The position numbers and the translations under genes are program-made. From positions 4,242,258 to 4,306,257 of the forward strand of contig CAJINV010000007.1 in NCBI GenBank assembly GCA_905178155.1: 64,000 nt of DNA, in the 5' to 3' direction. Under the pieces are notes generated by a model. That model had not been told where the DNA came from. It was given only the letters and a program-made list of their open reading frames with translations, and did no database searches. Positions 48,393-60,936 of this stretch are shown here, in pieces; the stretch's first letter is position 1; every line of letters starts with the position of its first letter. Source of the DNA: Amoebophrya sp. A120. Its lineage: Eukaryota > Protista > Dinoflagellata.

Positions 48393-51300
48393 ATGTCGAA
48401 CAACTCCTCTGGCGGCTTTGCGTTCAAATTCCCGGGCGCCGGGGGGCCTAACAAGCCCTTTGGCTTCTCCTTCCCCACCGGACCAACAATCGGAAGTGTG
48501 GGCAATGGAGCGGCCATAGGCGGCGCAGCACCAGGTGGCGCAGCTTCGAGCCTCGGCGACTTGGCCTCCCTGACGCCAGAGAACAGAGGCAACAACTTTT
48601 CGATGTTTGGGGCAGGAGCAACAGCTGGCGCACCCAACATGATGGGTGGTGCCGGCGCTGGGGCCGCTACTTTCGGGACGATGAATAACATTGTTGGTAG
48701 CGCGCCAGCGGGAGCACAGGCACATCAAATAGGCTCGTCAATAAATTCGATGGGAATGATAGGCAGCCAGCAGAACAGGATGTTTGGCGGCATGACAGCC
48801 AGCGTGTTCGGAAACCTGGCGTCCCTTGAGCCGGAGCAGTCTGCGGCGCCACCAGGAGGAGTTGCACTAGAGAAACAGGAAGGTCCTGTACAGCAGGCGT
48901 CTAGTATAAGTCCCGGGGAGGTGGGGCAAAATCTCGCGGGTGGACCTCATCAAGCAGAGAAGAACGTAAACTCAGCCGTCGTCTTTGAGGAGCCAGTCAC
49001 CGCGTTCAGCGGAGGCGAGGAGACGCGGGAGGCAATAAAGCATGCAGACAGAGAGGAACTAGAACAAGATCATGCAAAAAAAGAAGCATCTTCTTCACAC
49101 CAACTCGGCTCCTCGCCCTCTTCCCTCGCGGCGCGCGCCAGATCCACGTTGCCCCCACTGGACCAGTACGAGACTGGCCCCGCTTCGTTTCACTCGCCCA
49201 GGGACCTGAAAACGTCTCCGCGGAGCAAGGACGATCTCAGTTTCAAGGATAACGAAAGGCTGTTGACAAAGCAGTACAGTCCGGAAAGGCTGGAACAGCT
49301 CAGCATGCCGAGGAATACTAGTGGACAAGCGCTGGCGTTGAGAAATCGAAATGCAATAAATGGCGCAGAAGGAGGTGAAGATAACTTTGTCGTCACAGTG
49401 GACCCACCGTCTTCTTCGAGGTCGCAAAGTGGATCCTCGTCATCCGCTTCTGGTTCTGGAACTGCTTCCTCTACCTCGTATAATCTGAAAAACGCAGCGC
49501 CAGCGGCCAGTAGAGGTGGAAGTAGAAGATCCGCTGTTCATGACGATTCGCCTAGAACCAGAGCAGACCGCCGCGGCGGCAGCCGCAGGCGGAAACACAA
49601 ACACGACTCCGAGGAGAGACGGTTCATGAAGAGTTTGCAGAAGGCGATCCCGGGTGCTGAACCGACTCCATTGGAAAGGGAAGTTTTACAGCTCCTGGAA
49701 ACAAATTCATCGACAAGAACTACTTTTGTTGGAGCCGGGGTCGGTCGGACAGCTCCTGCTGTGAGTACTACGACCTCAGGCGCAAATCTTCATCCAAGAG
49801 CGAAGAAAGGACAAGGAAAGAGGACCACGAAAGGCGCAACCGGGGGAGCACACCTCCAGAATAAGCCAATAATAGCGTCGGCGGAGCAGGGTGCTGCTGC
49901 TGTCGCTCCGAGAACTACTAGTACACCAGGACCGTTCCGTTCGGTTCTAGGGTCGTCGTCCAATAAAGGGATAATGTCAACATCTTCGGGGACGACCAGC
50001 AACAAAGCCACGCCTGCAAAATCCATCGGGCGAGACTACCGCGATTTTCTCGCCCTGGACCCGAAACTGAACGCTGATATTTTGGACCAGAGGACCGCCA
50101 AAAGCTCCTTGCTCTTCAGCCCGGAGACGACGCCACGGGGAACTACTCACACAGATGACCACGACCAGGGTCGAAAAAATAGTAAGTCGAAGAAGATATT
50201 GAAAGCAACAACTCCCCACAGCAGCTCCTCCGCTGCCAACAGTACGTTGGAAGAGGAAGACGCCTACGAGGAAGATTTTGACGACGATTTCGAAGAGGAG
50301 GAAGAATTCTTCGAGGAAGACGATGACGAGTTGACGCCACGTGATGCGACCAATACTAGGAATGCTGCTGATGCCGCTACAGTTGCTGCCAGTAAAGAAC
50401 AGAACAGTCTGGACGATATCCTTTCCAAATTCGCGCACGACGAGGACTTTCTCGACGAGGAAATGAACATTAGCCAATCTGCTCATCATGGACAAGAGGA
50501 CGAAACCGCGGCGCAGAAAGCAGCAAGGGAGCGCGCAGTAGAAAAAGACCGGGAGGACAGCGTGTTTCTCGACACCTCCGGCCGATCGATGTTCGCGATC
50601 GGGAAGTCTGCCCCTGTTCAGGAGCGAAGGGGAGGTGCTGGGGGGACAACTGCTCGGACTTCTAGAACTGCAGCCGCGAAGAGGACATCACCATCGACCG
50701 TGAAAAATGCCCGAAATCCGAACCGAAGAGCAACGCGCGCCGCGAGTACTTCTTCACCTACAGCGAACGGAGAAACAAGCAAAGACTGGCTCGCGAGTCC
50801 CCCGCCCGCCCACACCGCGGCGTCGACGTTTGCGAAGCCGAACCTGCTGCTGCCCTGGAGAGCCGAGAGTCCGCAGATCTCGACCAACAAGGAGATCACG
50901 CGTTCGGTGGAAAAGACGCGGGAACTCCTCGCGGATTGGTACTCGACCAACTACCTGGACGAGCGGACCGGCTCCCCGCTCTCGCGCGCGGAGCGGCAGG
51001 AGCTGCGGTTGGCCAGTGAGAAGAGGGAGCTGGAGTCCGAGCAACGGGTCAGGGAGTTGCAGAACAAGAAGTTCAAGCGCGCCCCGGGCCAGCCCAGCAC
51101 CTACCACGGCTCGCATTACCACTACTACGTGGTGCGCAACGGCAGCCGGGGGTGCATGATCCAGCCCGGCTACCCGCGCATTTGGCCGCCGTCGGGAATG
51201 AAGAAGAGGCAGAACAACAAGCGAGCGGCGTCTACTTCCAGGTCGCCTCCCCGAGGCGGGAGAGCAGGAGCAGGAGGAGGCTCTGCTGAAGATGTTGAAA

Positions 51301-54300
51301 GCGAACAGCAAGAAGTGCTTAGTTCCTCGAATAAAAAAGACGAAGTCTTGTCTTACTTCGACCAAACCTGGTTGCGTCACCCGCAAAACCCAGAGCTGCG
51401 TGCTAACATCCATTCGCAAGAAAATAACGACCGTGGTGCTCCTCCTTCTGCAACGTCGTTCGCGTCTTTCGTCGCTTTAGACGACCCCGACTCTGCTGCG
51501 AAGGAAGTGTCCGGGCGCGTGATCCTCGAGGCAACGAAAATCGGGAGCCTTGACACGGATCAGATCGTCACCTTGAATCTGAACGAAAAGCCGGAGTTCG
51601 ACAAGACACAGATTTTGTCCGGAAACAACGACAAAAACAACACCTCTTCAAAAACGAACAGCGAGACGGTGACGTTTGAGTTCTACGTGCACAACATTCT
51701 AGCCGAGACTTTGAGTCTGTCCCTGCTGCAGGACATTGGGAATTTCGAAAACGTTTCGGACCAAGCGAAATTGCGGGCGGTGAACTTGACGCGGAAACTG
51801 GGGAAAGATCTCGTCCCGGATATCGGAAATAGTCTGATCACCGGAAAAAAGGTTTTGGGCGAGGCGAAGTATAGCGTGTGGGAGCTACTTAACAGCACCG
51901 GAAATTCAACATCATTTTCCGGATCAACGAGCCCGAGGACGACTACAGGCAGTTCGGCTGACGTCGGGTCGTCCGCGTCGTCTCTTTCAAATGGTCGCGG
52001 AAGTAGTGGTGGAATGGGAAATAAAATCAACATGCTCAATCTTGGCACACCGGCTGGTCCAGGCATGAACAAATCGACTCCTGCAGCACGTCTGGCGCCC
52101 ACGACGTCGTCCTCCGGCCCGCCGCAGAGTACGGAAGACGGCCCGGACCCCTGGGTTGCGGAGGTCATTCACCGTTTCAGCAAGGCATTGGAGCTGAAAT
52201 GCAAGCTGTTTTTCCTCTCCGACGCGCAATCCATGGAGCGGGCCAGAATCGCGGCCTCCCGGGTGGTGGAGCCGCCACCGCCGGGCCCGTTTGACCCGCC
52301 CCGGCAGTTGCCGAAGGTCTGTCCGGCCGACAGCCCGCTCAGATACGGGGGGCAGCTGCTGAAGGAAAAAGTGGAAGCGGAACGAAAAGCGTTGGAGGAG
52401 GCGGAGCAGAAACGAATGGAGATCTTGCTGGCGAAACAGCAAGAAAAAATTGAAGGGTCATCTACTTCACAAGTAGGACTTGCTTTTACAGAAGATGGCT
52501 CCCAGCAGCGAGAGGAGCAGGACAGCGAGTCAGTCCCAGTCGGACAGACAACGCCCAGCAGGCTAAAGTCGCCCCGCAGTGTCCGGTTCGCCGATGAGGT
52601 GGCGCAGTGGGAGGAAACCGCCAAGCGCAATCAGGAAGACTGGGCGAAGGTGCTCAACTTCCCCCACTGCCCGGGCGAGGCGCCCCTGCGGATTGCGGGG
52701 GAAATAGCTGCAGGGCGTCTCGAGGATTCGTCGCTCCACTCGAGCCTGGAACTCGGGGACCTCCAGGGAGGCGGTGGACCGAAAAAAGCAGGAGGTGCTC
52801 CTGCTGGGGTAGTGAATAAGGGCTCGTCCTCGTCCTTGGATCATCATCTCTCGCCCTCCACCGTGTATGCCAAGCGCCACGATCGGGAAAAGTCCGCCGG
52901 TGCAGCAGGGGGCACTTCTCTTCAGCACCGTGGCTCCAGAAGCCCCCCTCTGTCCCCGAGAAGCGAAAGGAGAAAGCAAGCGAATTCTCCTTCCACCCGG
53001 CCGCCCTGGTGCCACGCCCCTGGCCACGCCCGGAGGGGCTCGATGGAAAAGCACGCGGGGGAACTGCGGAACAAAGTCCCGACGCCGCGCAGTCGGTCCG
53101 GCACGCCTCCGCCACCGAAGCCGGAGCGGAAACTTTCCATCGCCCGGGTCTCCGGCGCACACATTCTCCCCCCGGGTACGTTTGAGGAGAAGGAGATCTG
53201 CTTGGGGACTTCCGGGGCCGTCATCACGCACTTCTCGAGCGTGTTCGACATCTCGCCTCCGGTCAGCGCCGACGTAGTGATGGTGCAGCAGGATCCGCCG
53301 GTGATTCGGTCCGAAAGCTCCCGGGTAAACACGCCTAGAGTCGGTCTTGTCGGTGGTGCTGGTGCTGACGGAGCTGCACGAGTAGAAGTGTCATCTTCAA
53401 AGAATCAAGAACTGCGCGACGAGCGGGAGAAAAGTAATGTATTCGAAAGCGATCAAGAAGATATGCAGGATGACCAGACCACCACTGTGGCCGGTGCGGT
53501 TCCCACAACGACGGGCCTCTTTGAAGACGAGAGTCGGGACTTCACCACGACGACGGCGCCAGCTGCGGATCAGAAGCTTTTGAATCTGAATCTAGACAAA
53601 GTTCTTGTTCAGCGCGTGGACGAAGATGGTAAAGAAATGCTTAGTCAATCTTCCTCTTCACGCCAGCGAGCGGACGAGAACTTCGACGTATTCGGAACCA
53701 GACAACAAGACCACTCCTCAACGATCGGGGAACAAGGTCCTCGTCCGCCGCGTGATTCCCTACAAGACCTGCTGGATTTTGACCGCAACAGCTCGGTGAC
53801 TGCGCCGTTCTTCCACGCGAACGAGTCCTCCCGGCGGGGGTCACGAGACAGCGCGAATGTCTTCGGTGAGTTAGAGCAACTACAGAATGTGGACAGAATA
53901 AACCCAGAAGGTCTCCTGAGTCACGAATCCACACCTAGGCCCTTCGACGAAAAAGAAGAGCAGTCGGGATTAGGTTTGTCCTCCAGTTCCCGGTCGTCCG
54001 ACCAGATGAACATTCATAGGCCTGAGCAGGAACTACATAAGAAGAAGTCTTCGTCGCTGCTCGGCGACCTGCCGCCGCTTGGCGGCGCTGGTCGAAAGAC
54101 GAATCTTTTGGGCGATCTGCCACCCCTACCCGGGCTCGGCGGTGCCGGGACGACCACGACGGCTGCAGCGTTCCTCGAGGATGACGAAGAACAGGAGCAA
54201 GGCGATAGTCTGCTCCTTGGACGAGCAGGACAAGCACAAGCGCACGAAGAGCAAGGGAGAAGAACAAGACCAGCAAAGTCAGCCACCGCTGAGCAGAAAA

Positions 54301-55742
54301 ACAAGAAAAGCAAGAAGAAAGAAAAAGACGCTATAGACCGCATGTTGTTCGGCGAGTTTTCGGAGGGCGGTAACAGTTCGAAGTCGTCAAACTCCATCGC
54401 TTTTCCCGAAATCTCCTTTGGAGACGAGGAGAACGATAACGACCTGAATAACAATCCGGTTTTGCGGTCCTCTCTGACGACTTCGCCCGTTGCTTCGAAT
54501 AATAAGCCCCCAGGCAACAAGAACCGTCCTCCCGGGGGTACTATGGATGCGATTTTTGGCCGCGGTGAAGGAGGTGGGAACGAGGAAGATGGTGCGGATA
54601 GGTCTACTCCGCTTTCATCTTCTGAAAGAGCGTCCTCGACACCCACATCGTCCGGAATGTTGAACAAAAAAAACCAGTTGCCGTTGGTCCCGCCGGCCGG
54701 GACGGCCGTGACGAGCAGAGAGAGCGGTGAACAAGATCTGCTACTTCGGGCTAAAAATAATGTCCCGCAACTGGATCTGGCTGCACGAGGTCGAGGCGGG
54801 CCACTTCGCACAGATGTTCTTGACGGTAGTGAGGACAAAATGATCCCCAGCACTGCGAGGAGCCGAGCATCGAACTCCCAAGTAGTCTCGGAGGACCTTG
54901 AAATTGCGGCAGACGGCAGCGAAGGGGCGAGCAGAAACGACGAGGCTCGTCCAGCTGCAGAAGGAAGAAGTCCCAGTCGCGCGACCTACTCGAACGAAGA
55001 CTTTGCCTCCGCGACGGCCACGCAGCAATCCCAGTCCTCTGTCCGATCGGGGGATGAGAATCTTCCAAGCGGCTCTGTCATTCCTACACCCAGGAGCAGC
55101 AATAGCAATACTGAGAAGTCGAGCAACACCAACACAACCCCGAAGAGCTCAGCGCGCAGTAGCAATTCGAGAAAAAAACCCTCGTCAGCAGCGGACGACA
55201 TTCGGGCCGCGATTGGCATGAGTAGTAAAAACTACAACGACAGTACTTCGCAGGTCCCGGCACAGCAGCAGCGAAGTAGTGGCGGCACAAGTGGGTCGAA
55301 AACAAGCAGTCCCTCGTCCCCTCCTAGGTCCGCGAGATCGGCGGAGCAGCCTGGTGCAGGGGCGGTCCCGAGCGACGGGAACAAATCTTCCGTAAAATCC
55401 AATACAAGTGGTCCAAGTTCCTCACGAACAAGCCGGAACAATGACAAACCACTGTATGATTTAGCGCCACGAGGACCACCTCTCAGTGTCACACAGCAGC
55501 AGGTGCTGGAAACAACCTCAATAAACGAGGACCAAATAAACCAGACACAGAAGAACTCAGTTGTGGAGATGAAAGCGCAAAAGGAGGAGAGGCCCTGGTG
55601 GATGGGGGAAGACAGCGAAGAGGAAAGGGAGGACGCTATGACGAAGAACAAGGAGAAGCCGCAGCACAATCCCGAGTCCGAGGTCGAAGAAGACATCAGC
55701 GAAGACTTCGGTAGCGACGACGGAATGGACTTGTTTAAGTGA
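48393..55742 (+). CDS. 2449-aa largely disordered protein, possible degenerate C2-like domain
   Basis: 7.35-kb uninterrupted ORF with F/G-rich N-terminus and acidic tracts. ETVTFEFYVHNILAETLSLSLLQD...VLGEAKYSVWELL resembles the C-terminal half of a C2 domain. Tandem LLGDLPPL motif. Confidence 0.85.
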   Translation: MSNNSSGGFAFKFPGAGGPNKPFGFSFPTGPTIGSVGNGAAIGGAAPGGAASSLGDLASLTPENRGNNFSMFGAGATAGAPNMMGGAGAGAATFGTMNNIVGSAPAGAQAHQIGSSINSMGMIGSQQNRMFGGMTASVFGNLASLEPEQSAAPPGGVALEKQEGPVQQASSISPGEVGQNLAGGPHQAEKNVNSAVVFEEPVTAFSGGEETREAIKHADREELEQDHAKKEASSSHQLGSSPSSLAARARSTLPPLDQYETGPASFHSPRDLKTSPRSKDDLSFKDNERLLTKQYSPERLEQLSMPRNTSGQALALRNRNAINGAEGGEDNFVVTVDPPSSSRSQSGSSSSASGSGTASSTSYNLKNAAPAASRGGSRRSAVHDDSPRTRADRRGGSRRRKHKHDSEERRFMKSLQKAIPGAEPTPLEREVLQLLETNSSTRTTFVGAGVGRTAPAVSTTTSGANLHPRAKKGQGKRTTKGATGGAHLQNKPIIASAEQGAAAVAPRTTSTPGPFRSVLGSSSNKGIMSTSSGTTSNKATPAKSIGRDYRDFLALDPKLNADILDQRTAKSSLLFSPETTPRGTTHTDDHDQGRKNSKSKKILKATTPHSSSSAANSTLEEEDAYEEDFDDDFEEEEEFFEEDDDELTPRDATNTRNAADAATVAASKEQNSLDDILSKFAHDEDFLDEEMNISQSAHHGQEDETAAQKAARERAVEKDREDSVFLDTSGRSMFAIGKSAPVQERRGGAGGTTARTSRTAAAKRTSPSTVKNARNPNRRATRAASTSSPTANGETSKDWLASPPPAHTAASTFAKPNLLLPWRAESPQISTNKEITRSVEKTRELLADWYSTNYLDERTGSPLSRAERQELRLASEKRELESEQRVRELQNKKFKRAPGQPSTYHGSHYHYYVVRNGSRGCMIQPGYPRIWPPSGMKKRQNNKRAASTSRSPPRGGRAGAGGGSAEDVESEQQEVLSSSNKKDEVLSYFDQTWLRHPQNPELRANIHSQENNDRGAPPSATSFASFVALDDPDSAAKEVSGRVILEATKIGSLDTDQIVTLNLNEKPEFDKTQILSGNNDKNNTSSKTNSETVTFEFYVHNILAETLSLSLLQDIGNFENVSDQAKLRAVNLTRKLGKDLVPDIGNSLITGKKVLGEAKYSVWELLNSTGNSTSFSGSTSPRTTTGSSADVGSSASSLSNGRGSSGGMGNKINMLNLGTPAGPGMNKSTPAARLAPTTSSSGPPQSTEDGPDPWVAEVIHRFSKALELKCKLFFLSDAQSMERARIAASRVVEPPPPGPFDPPRQLPKVCPADSPLRYGGQLLKEKVEAERKALEEAEQKRMEILLAKQQEKIEGSSTSQVGLAFTEDGSQQREEQDSESVPVGQTTPSRLKSPRSVRFADEVAQWEETAKRNQEDWAKVLNFPHCPGEAPLRIAGEIAAGRLEDSSLHSSLELGDLQGGGGPKKAGGAPAGVVNKGSSSSLDHHLSPSTVYAKRHDREKSAGAAGGTSLQHRGSRSPPLSPRSERRKQANSPSTRPPWCHAPGHARRGSMEKHAGELRNKVPTPRSRSGTPPPPKPERKLSIARVSGAHILPPGTFEEKEICLGTSGAVITHFSSVFDISPPVSADVVMVQQDPPVIRSESSRVNTPRVGLVGGAGADGAARVEVSSSKNQELRDEREKSNVFESDQEDMQDDQTTTVAGAVPTTTGLFEDESRDFTTTTAPAADQKLLNLNLDKVLVQRVDEDGKEMLSQSSSSRQRADENFDVFGTRQQDHSSTIGEQGPRPPRDSLQDLLDFDRNSSVTAPFFHANESSRRGSRDSANVFGELEQLQNVDRINPEGLLSHESTPRPFDEKEEQSGLGLSSSSRSSDQMNIHRPEQELHKKKSSSLLGDLPPLGGAGRKTNLLGDLPPLPGLGGAGTTTTAAAFLEDDEEQEQGDSLLLGRAGQAQAHEEQGRRTRPAKSATAEQKNKKSKKKEKDAIDRMLFGEFSEGGNSSKSSNSIAFPEISFGDEENDNDLNNNPVLRSSLTTSPVASNNKPPGNKNRPPGGTMDAIFGRGEGGGNEEDGADRSTPLSSSERASSTPTSSGMLNKKNQLPLVPPAGTAVTSRESGEQDLLLRAKNNVPQLDLAARGRGGPLRTDVLDGSEDKMIPSTARSRASNSQVVSEDLEIAADGSEGASRNDEARPAAEGRSPSRATYSNEDFASATATQQSQSSVRSGDENLPSGSVIPTPRSSNSNTEKSSNTNTTPKSSARSSNSRKKPSSAADDIRAAIGMSSKNYNDSTSQVPAQQQRSSGGTSGSKTSSPSSPPRSARSAEQPGAGAVPSDGNKSSVKSNTSGPSSSRTSRNNDKPLYDLAPRGPPLSVTQQQVLETTSINEDQINQTQKNSVVEMKAQKEERPWWMGEDSEEEREDAMTKNKEKPQHNPESEVEEDISEDFGSDDGMDLFK

Positions 55743-56614
55743 TGAGCCTAGAAATATCATCGTCATTTGGCTGTGCTTATGGTTTATTTAGGGCATCGAG
55801 GAATCAAACATATGTTTCAGTTTCTTCACATTTGGAATTATTTTCACACAGTAACTACATAAGTATTTCGCACTATTAGTGCTTTCTCAAGTACAGTACA
55901 AACAACAATCTGCCTTGTTGTGTTTCATTTTCAGAGTATTAGGGCTATTGACAGCGCTCACGTGGGGGTAAGCAAGTGTGTGAGCATCTTCACAACTGCC
56001 TGAGAAAAAACATCAATGGAGGCCATGAATAGCTGTTGGGTTCTTGTAAAAATACTTTTTGGCTGTGACGTAGTAGTAGTTCACGCAGTCGCAGGTAACT
56101 ACAGCGCATTGTATCAGCGAACTTCCGGACAAGAAGCGTGTTTGCTTTCTGCCTTCACAAATCTTGTGTTCTTGGCGGTATTAATGACTCAAAAAGACGC
56201 AGGCGCTCCGCTTGATAAAACAGGCGCTGATCTCTCGCTCAGGCGTCAGCTCAGTTTTTTTCGTATCCCAATGAATTTTTTGTTTCCTTCTATCGATCGG
56301 CTCGTGCTTACGAGCGAGCATTTTGCTTCGCTTGATTTTTCAACATGATTTCACGGAAGCATATTAAGCACTCATATATTAATCGCGACATTTTATTTCG
56401 CTGTGTCTTGACCACATATGAGCTAAGCATGGATAACCCACAGCAACTGGATTCACTTTTCTAGGAGAACGACAGACAGAGAAATTTCTTTGGTTGTAAC
56501 CAGTGAGACTAGTACGTGGAGGTTTCAATCTATCTTGTATTGTCGACGTGTACAGTGTGAAGAGTCTAACTACAAGTTGCATTGTCAGCCTGAGCCGGCA
56601 CTCACGACTCAACG

Positions 56615-59600
56615 ATGACCCAGAAAATCTTTGTCGATGTGTCCAGCGCACGGGTCCAGACCCTTATCGCAAGCAGAAAGTGCTTGTGCTTCACTGTAGA
56701 CCCGTGCGGACGCGGCAGGAGGAGATATTTAAGTACGTCGCACTACAGTAACTATAACTAAAAATGCAAGGTATAATGAAATTTCTAGTCGCGCAGAAGT
56801 TTCCCACGCAACAAAGCACACACGACAGTGCATTTTCATCTTGGTCGTCGTGTGGGAAGTCGAGCGTGTCATGCAGGTTCTGCTCCAAGAAAAAAGTAAA
56901 AGATACAGTTCCTAAAGCACCAGTGACACCTACAGTGAAGCACGCACCTTTTTCCGTTTCATAACCCTGTTGGAGCACACGGAACACAAAGGCGCAAAAG
57001 AGCTGGACCTGGACATTTTGTACAAGCTGGTGAATGAGCAGCAGCAAAAGATTAGTTGCAACGCCTCTGCGGAGATTACTTCGAGCGGAACAAAAGCTGC
57101 GTCAGACTTATCTTCAGGAGAAGTACGAGAAGGAGCAGGGGGACCGGGTGTAAAGAAAACGAAAACCGCATCTGATGTTGCTTGCACAGGGGAGGTATTG
57201 AGAACAACCAAAGCTGACTGCATTGGCAGAAAGATGACATCAGAGGAACCCGACGGCTGCGACTTGTCTTCTGTCTCAACAACCCCTTCTTCTGAAGTCT
57301 GCACTTCTAGTACCGAAGAACACGACGCCTCAAAACCTCGAGAAGCAACCACGGTTGCAAGTGACGGGGATGATTTTTTCTGTAGCGACCGCAGCACTCT
57401 TTGCACTGCGGCCTCGTCGACGGCGCCGCTTAATTCGACGTCTAGTACTGCAGCTACTGAGGCAGACGTGGGGCATACTAGTAGCATCGCCGCAGTGGAT
57501 CAACCAAGAAAAATACAAAGGAATGCGGGGGACGAAGGCATGATGCAGAAGACTGACCAGTTTGCGACCCCCGCAGCTTCCCTTGCAGAGATCATTGCAC
57601 AGGACTGCCAGATCATTCGGCGCGAAACCGTTCCGGACCACCGGGAGCTGTCTGAAATCGAGGTTCTGCGGCTGAAACAGGAGGAGCGCGCCTACCAGAA
57701 GAGCGTCGCCAACGTTACCGCCCACGGTCGGCACACGGCCCGGAAAGAAATTAAGGCCGCCACGGAGGGAATGGCACTCGCCGGCCACTTCGTGCTCTCC
57801 TTCGTCGGCGCGTTTCTGTGCGGGTACATTCTACTTGCGTGCATCCTTCAATTGTTTGAGTTGCCTTCTTGGGCGTGGATTGTATGGGAAGGTATCAGAA
57901 CGACATAAGAAGTCTATAGTAAAAAAAGATAAAGAACCGGGCCTGGTGCGCCTCGTAGCCTTGAGCTTGACTTGAAATACTAGTAGGCGAGGGTCAGGGA
58001 CGACCTAGTTGATGCAAGAACCAACTACTACTCGGTCCCTCTAAGCAGATCATCCAAATCTATCTTGTAATCGGGTTGGACACTTTCACTTACGAGTATA
58101 CTGCACTTCAGTCTCATCTACTAAGTACTAGCAAATGTAAATGATCTCATCGGGAAGTGTTTGCTACTGCTAGGACAAATACCACCTACTTGTGATCACA
58201 ATCACAAAAAGAAGATATCTGCATATCATGATCACCATCTAGGTTCTACGTATGTATCCCAGCAAAGAAATGAATTCTGAGTCGCCCGTTTCCTGTTGAT
58301 GTGCCACCTATTCCTCGTTTCTCGGTGGTGTGGTGGTGGAAATCAACATTGTCATGATGATGCATGAATTTATGTCATGGGTGAGTCCGTGAAATTAGCG
58401 GGCGAACAGCAACTCAGAAACTGTGCTAGGATACTCCGTGAGATTATCACAAGAAAATAACGTGCTAAGCTTAACGGTTTTCACAGATTGCAGTCATGCT
58501 CGTCCACAAATTTAGCCTAATACGAAAGCAGTGCATGATCACAAATTTTGGCACGTTTTGTGATGCATTGCTGCGTCACAAATTCCGCTAGCATTGACAC
58601 TTCGTTTTCCTGTGATAAAGATCTTTGTCGTGGACGAGATGGCTATCAAGGCCTTGGTATCCTGCAAATCGACTTCCTCAGCTTCATCCTCGGCTTGTCT
58701 TTGTCATGCAAGTCTGCATCCCCCGAAGGAATGAATTGAAAATGCGTCAAGAGCAGACTCATGATGTAGTTGAGAGGCATTTTTTATTGATGCTAAGCTG
58801 CCATTCAAGAATTGAACTTCTCATGCTCTAATTATCAAGACAAAAAATGGCATTTGATTCGTGATGCTGTCGCTCTAAGCAATCAGCACTAATATGTTGC
58901 GCACTCAAGAATGAATTTAACGATACCCACGTGCGTGGAAGATCCCAGCAAAAAAACCTTGCTTGTAGTCGAATTCCCTCGGGTCTCGTCATGGCAGCTT
59001 CATTATGTTGGGCTGGGGACGTTTTCACACAGGATGCTTGGTTGGCGGTATGTGCTCATTTGCGACCCTGTTGTTGGTTATGAGACTGTACGTGAGCAGA
59101 CAGGTTTCGAGTTTAAGGTAGTATGCGCCTTGTATAGTAGTGGAGCGCTCGTGTGTGACAGACAGGTCCGGGCATGTTTAAAGCAAAATCTGATCGTGAT
59201 AAATTTGTTGGCACCCGGTAGCTACATGTTTTATGATAAAAATGCTTATTCCACCCTCTACCGAAACTCGACAAGCTGTAATGATCACCTTTCCAGTCCA
59301 CACTCGAGGCTGCGTTATTCCTGATTCGCGAGCACAAGGAGGAAAAGAAGCGGGGAAAGCTGGAAAAACAAGCGACTTTCCATTATTCGCACACGCTGCG
59401 TGGGGGCACCGGCACCAGAAACAGGATTGTTCCAACCGAGACTTCGGACGAGCAGGAGCAGGGACTCACAAAAACCCCAGCACGTGCGCCAGCGGCAAGG
59501 GAGGACAGCGTTTCTAGGGGGAGCAGTCGTGCCAAAGGTGGTCGCGACGAGACCACGGGAGATGACCGTGACAGCCGTGAGGACGTGAGGGACAACGAAC

Positions 59601-59725
59601 AAGCGGAGGTTGCTACTGCGAGTGCGAACTCGTCTAAGCAGGGGGAGATGGGCGAGAACTGGGTGGGCGAGGTCGACGAGCTAGACACGCCAAAAAACTT
59701 CACTATTCGCCAACGAAGATCATGA
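56615..59725 (+). CDS. Vma12/TMEM199-like ER membrane V-ATPase assembly factor (multi-exon; start and middle exons uncertain)
   Basis: RLKQEERAYQKSVANV...EIKAA...GHFVLSFVGAFLCGY fits the Vma12 helix plus first TM pattern. A later frame (~59300-59725) reads TLEAALFLIREHKEEKKR...TIRQRRS*, fitting the end of the second TM and the charged tail. Confidence 0.6.
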
Positions 59726-60936
59726 TAGGAAGAAGGTGGTGGTCGTGGCGGAGCAAAATCATCAGAGCGGAACTCATGAAGTTGCAGCAAGAAAACGAAG
59801 AAACTCAGAAGTTTTACGGAGCTACAACAGGACTATGATAATAGCTCTTCGATTGTCCTCGTCGACATCACAGACGTTAACGTGTAGCTCTCGTCCGACG
59901 ACTTGACTCGATAGGCCTTGGCGCATGGGCGTGGCTTTTCTTCAGCTACAAACAGTATAAGTAAGCAAAAACATCGCTTGGGCTTGAGGTCCGTGAAAGT
60001 AAAGAAAACCGCACATAGTACTAAATGGCATTGACGTGTGAACAATTCCCTACCGCTAGAACGAATCAATCAATCCAACAGAGAAAGATGAACGAAGAGA
60101 AGTAAGACAAAAAATCGTAGTCGGTAGTATCAAGACAACATGGTACGTAAATGCAAGTAACGAGGATCCCGCTGACTCGCACTCGTGTAGAACATCGGTG
60201 AAGTGCCTCCAAGATGATCAAGAATCGCGTCGAAATACAAATAAGCGATCTTGCGCTCGTCTTCGGTCAATAAACCAGCTGAACAATGCTCGGTAACTAT
60301 AGAATTTCCTAGCTTGTTCTTGTGCCCATTATGATGAGAAACGAGGAAGCAGGATCATACAACAAGATAGAGTGGCCACGATATTATCATTATGTCGTGT
60401 CAGGAGTGCCACCACCAAAAAAACAATCATCAACATCCGAGCAGGCCCCTGACTATCTTCGGGATTAGTCTCGTAGTAGTCGTCAAGTCTTGAAAAAATA
60501 ATCTGAATCTAAACTAAAAACTATACCGCGTGCCACTACTTAATCTTTTTCAAGTACAACAGCAACTAGCACCTACCTGCAGTTATTTAGTACTACCTCC
60601 GAAGCCAGAGTGGGCTGCTGGAGAAGACTTCTATCCTAAAACACTACACAGTCGTCATCACGAGAGCAATACGCTTTTCCGCCCGCTACTTGTACTTGTT
60701 CTAGTATACGCAGACACGACAACTACGCTTTTTGAGTCGACCTATTTTCGCAGTCCACTTTACCTCACTCAACATAACTGCAAGTCCTAGCAGTGTTCTT
60801 GGACACATTTGTAGCAATACCCGCCATAGGTTGTAGTTTGAATTCCCAAGAAGTTCGAAGTCGTCTTCATATCTTTCAGTTTTATTTTTTTGCTCCTTTT
60901 CCTTTTCGGTCCTGAAAGTGAAAAGTGAAAACCAAA

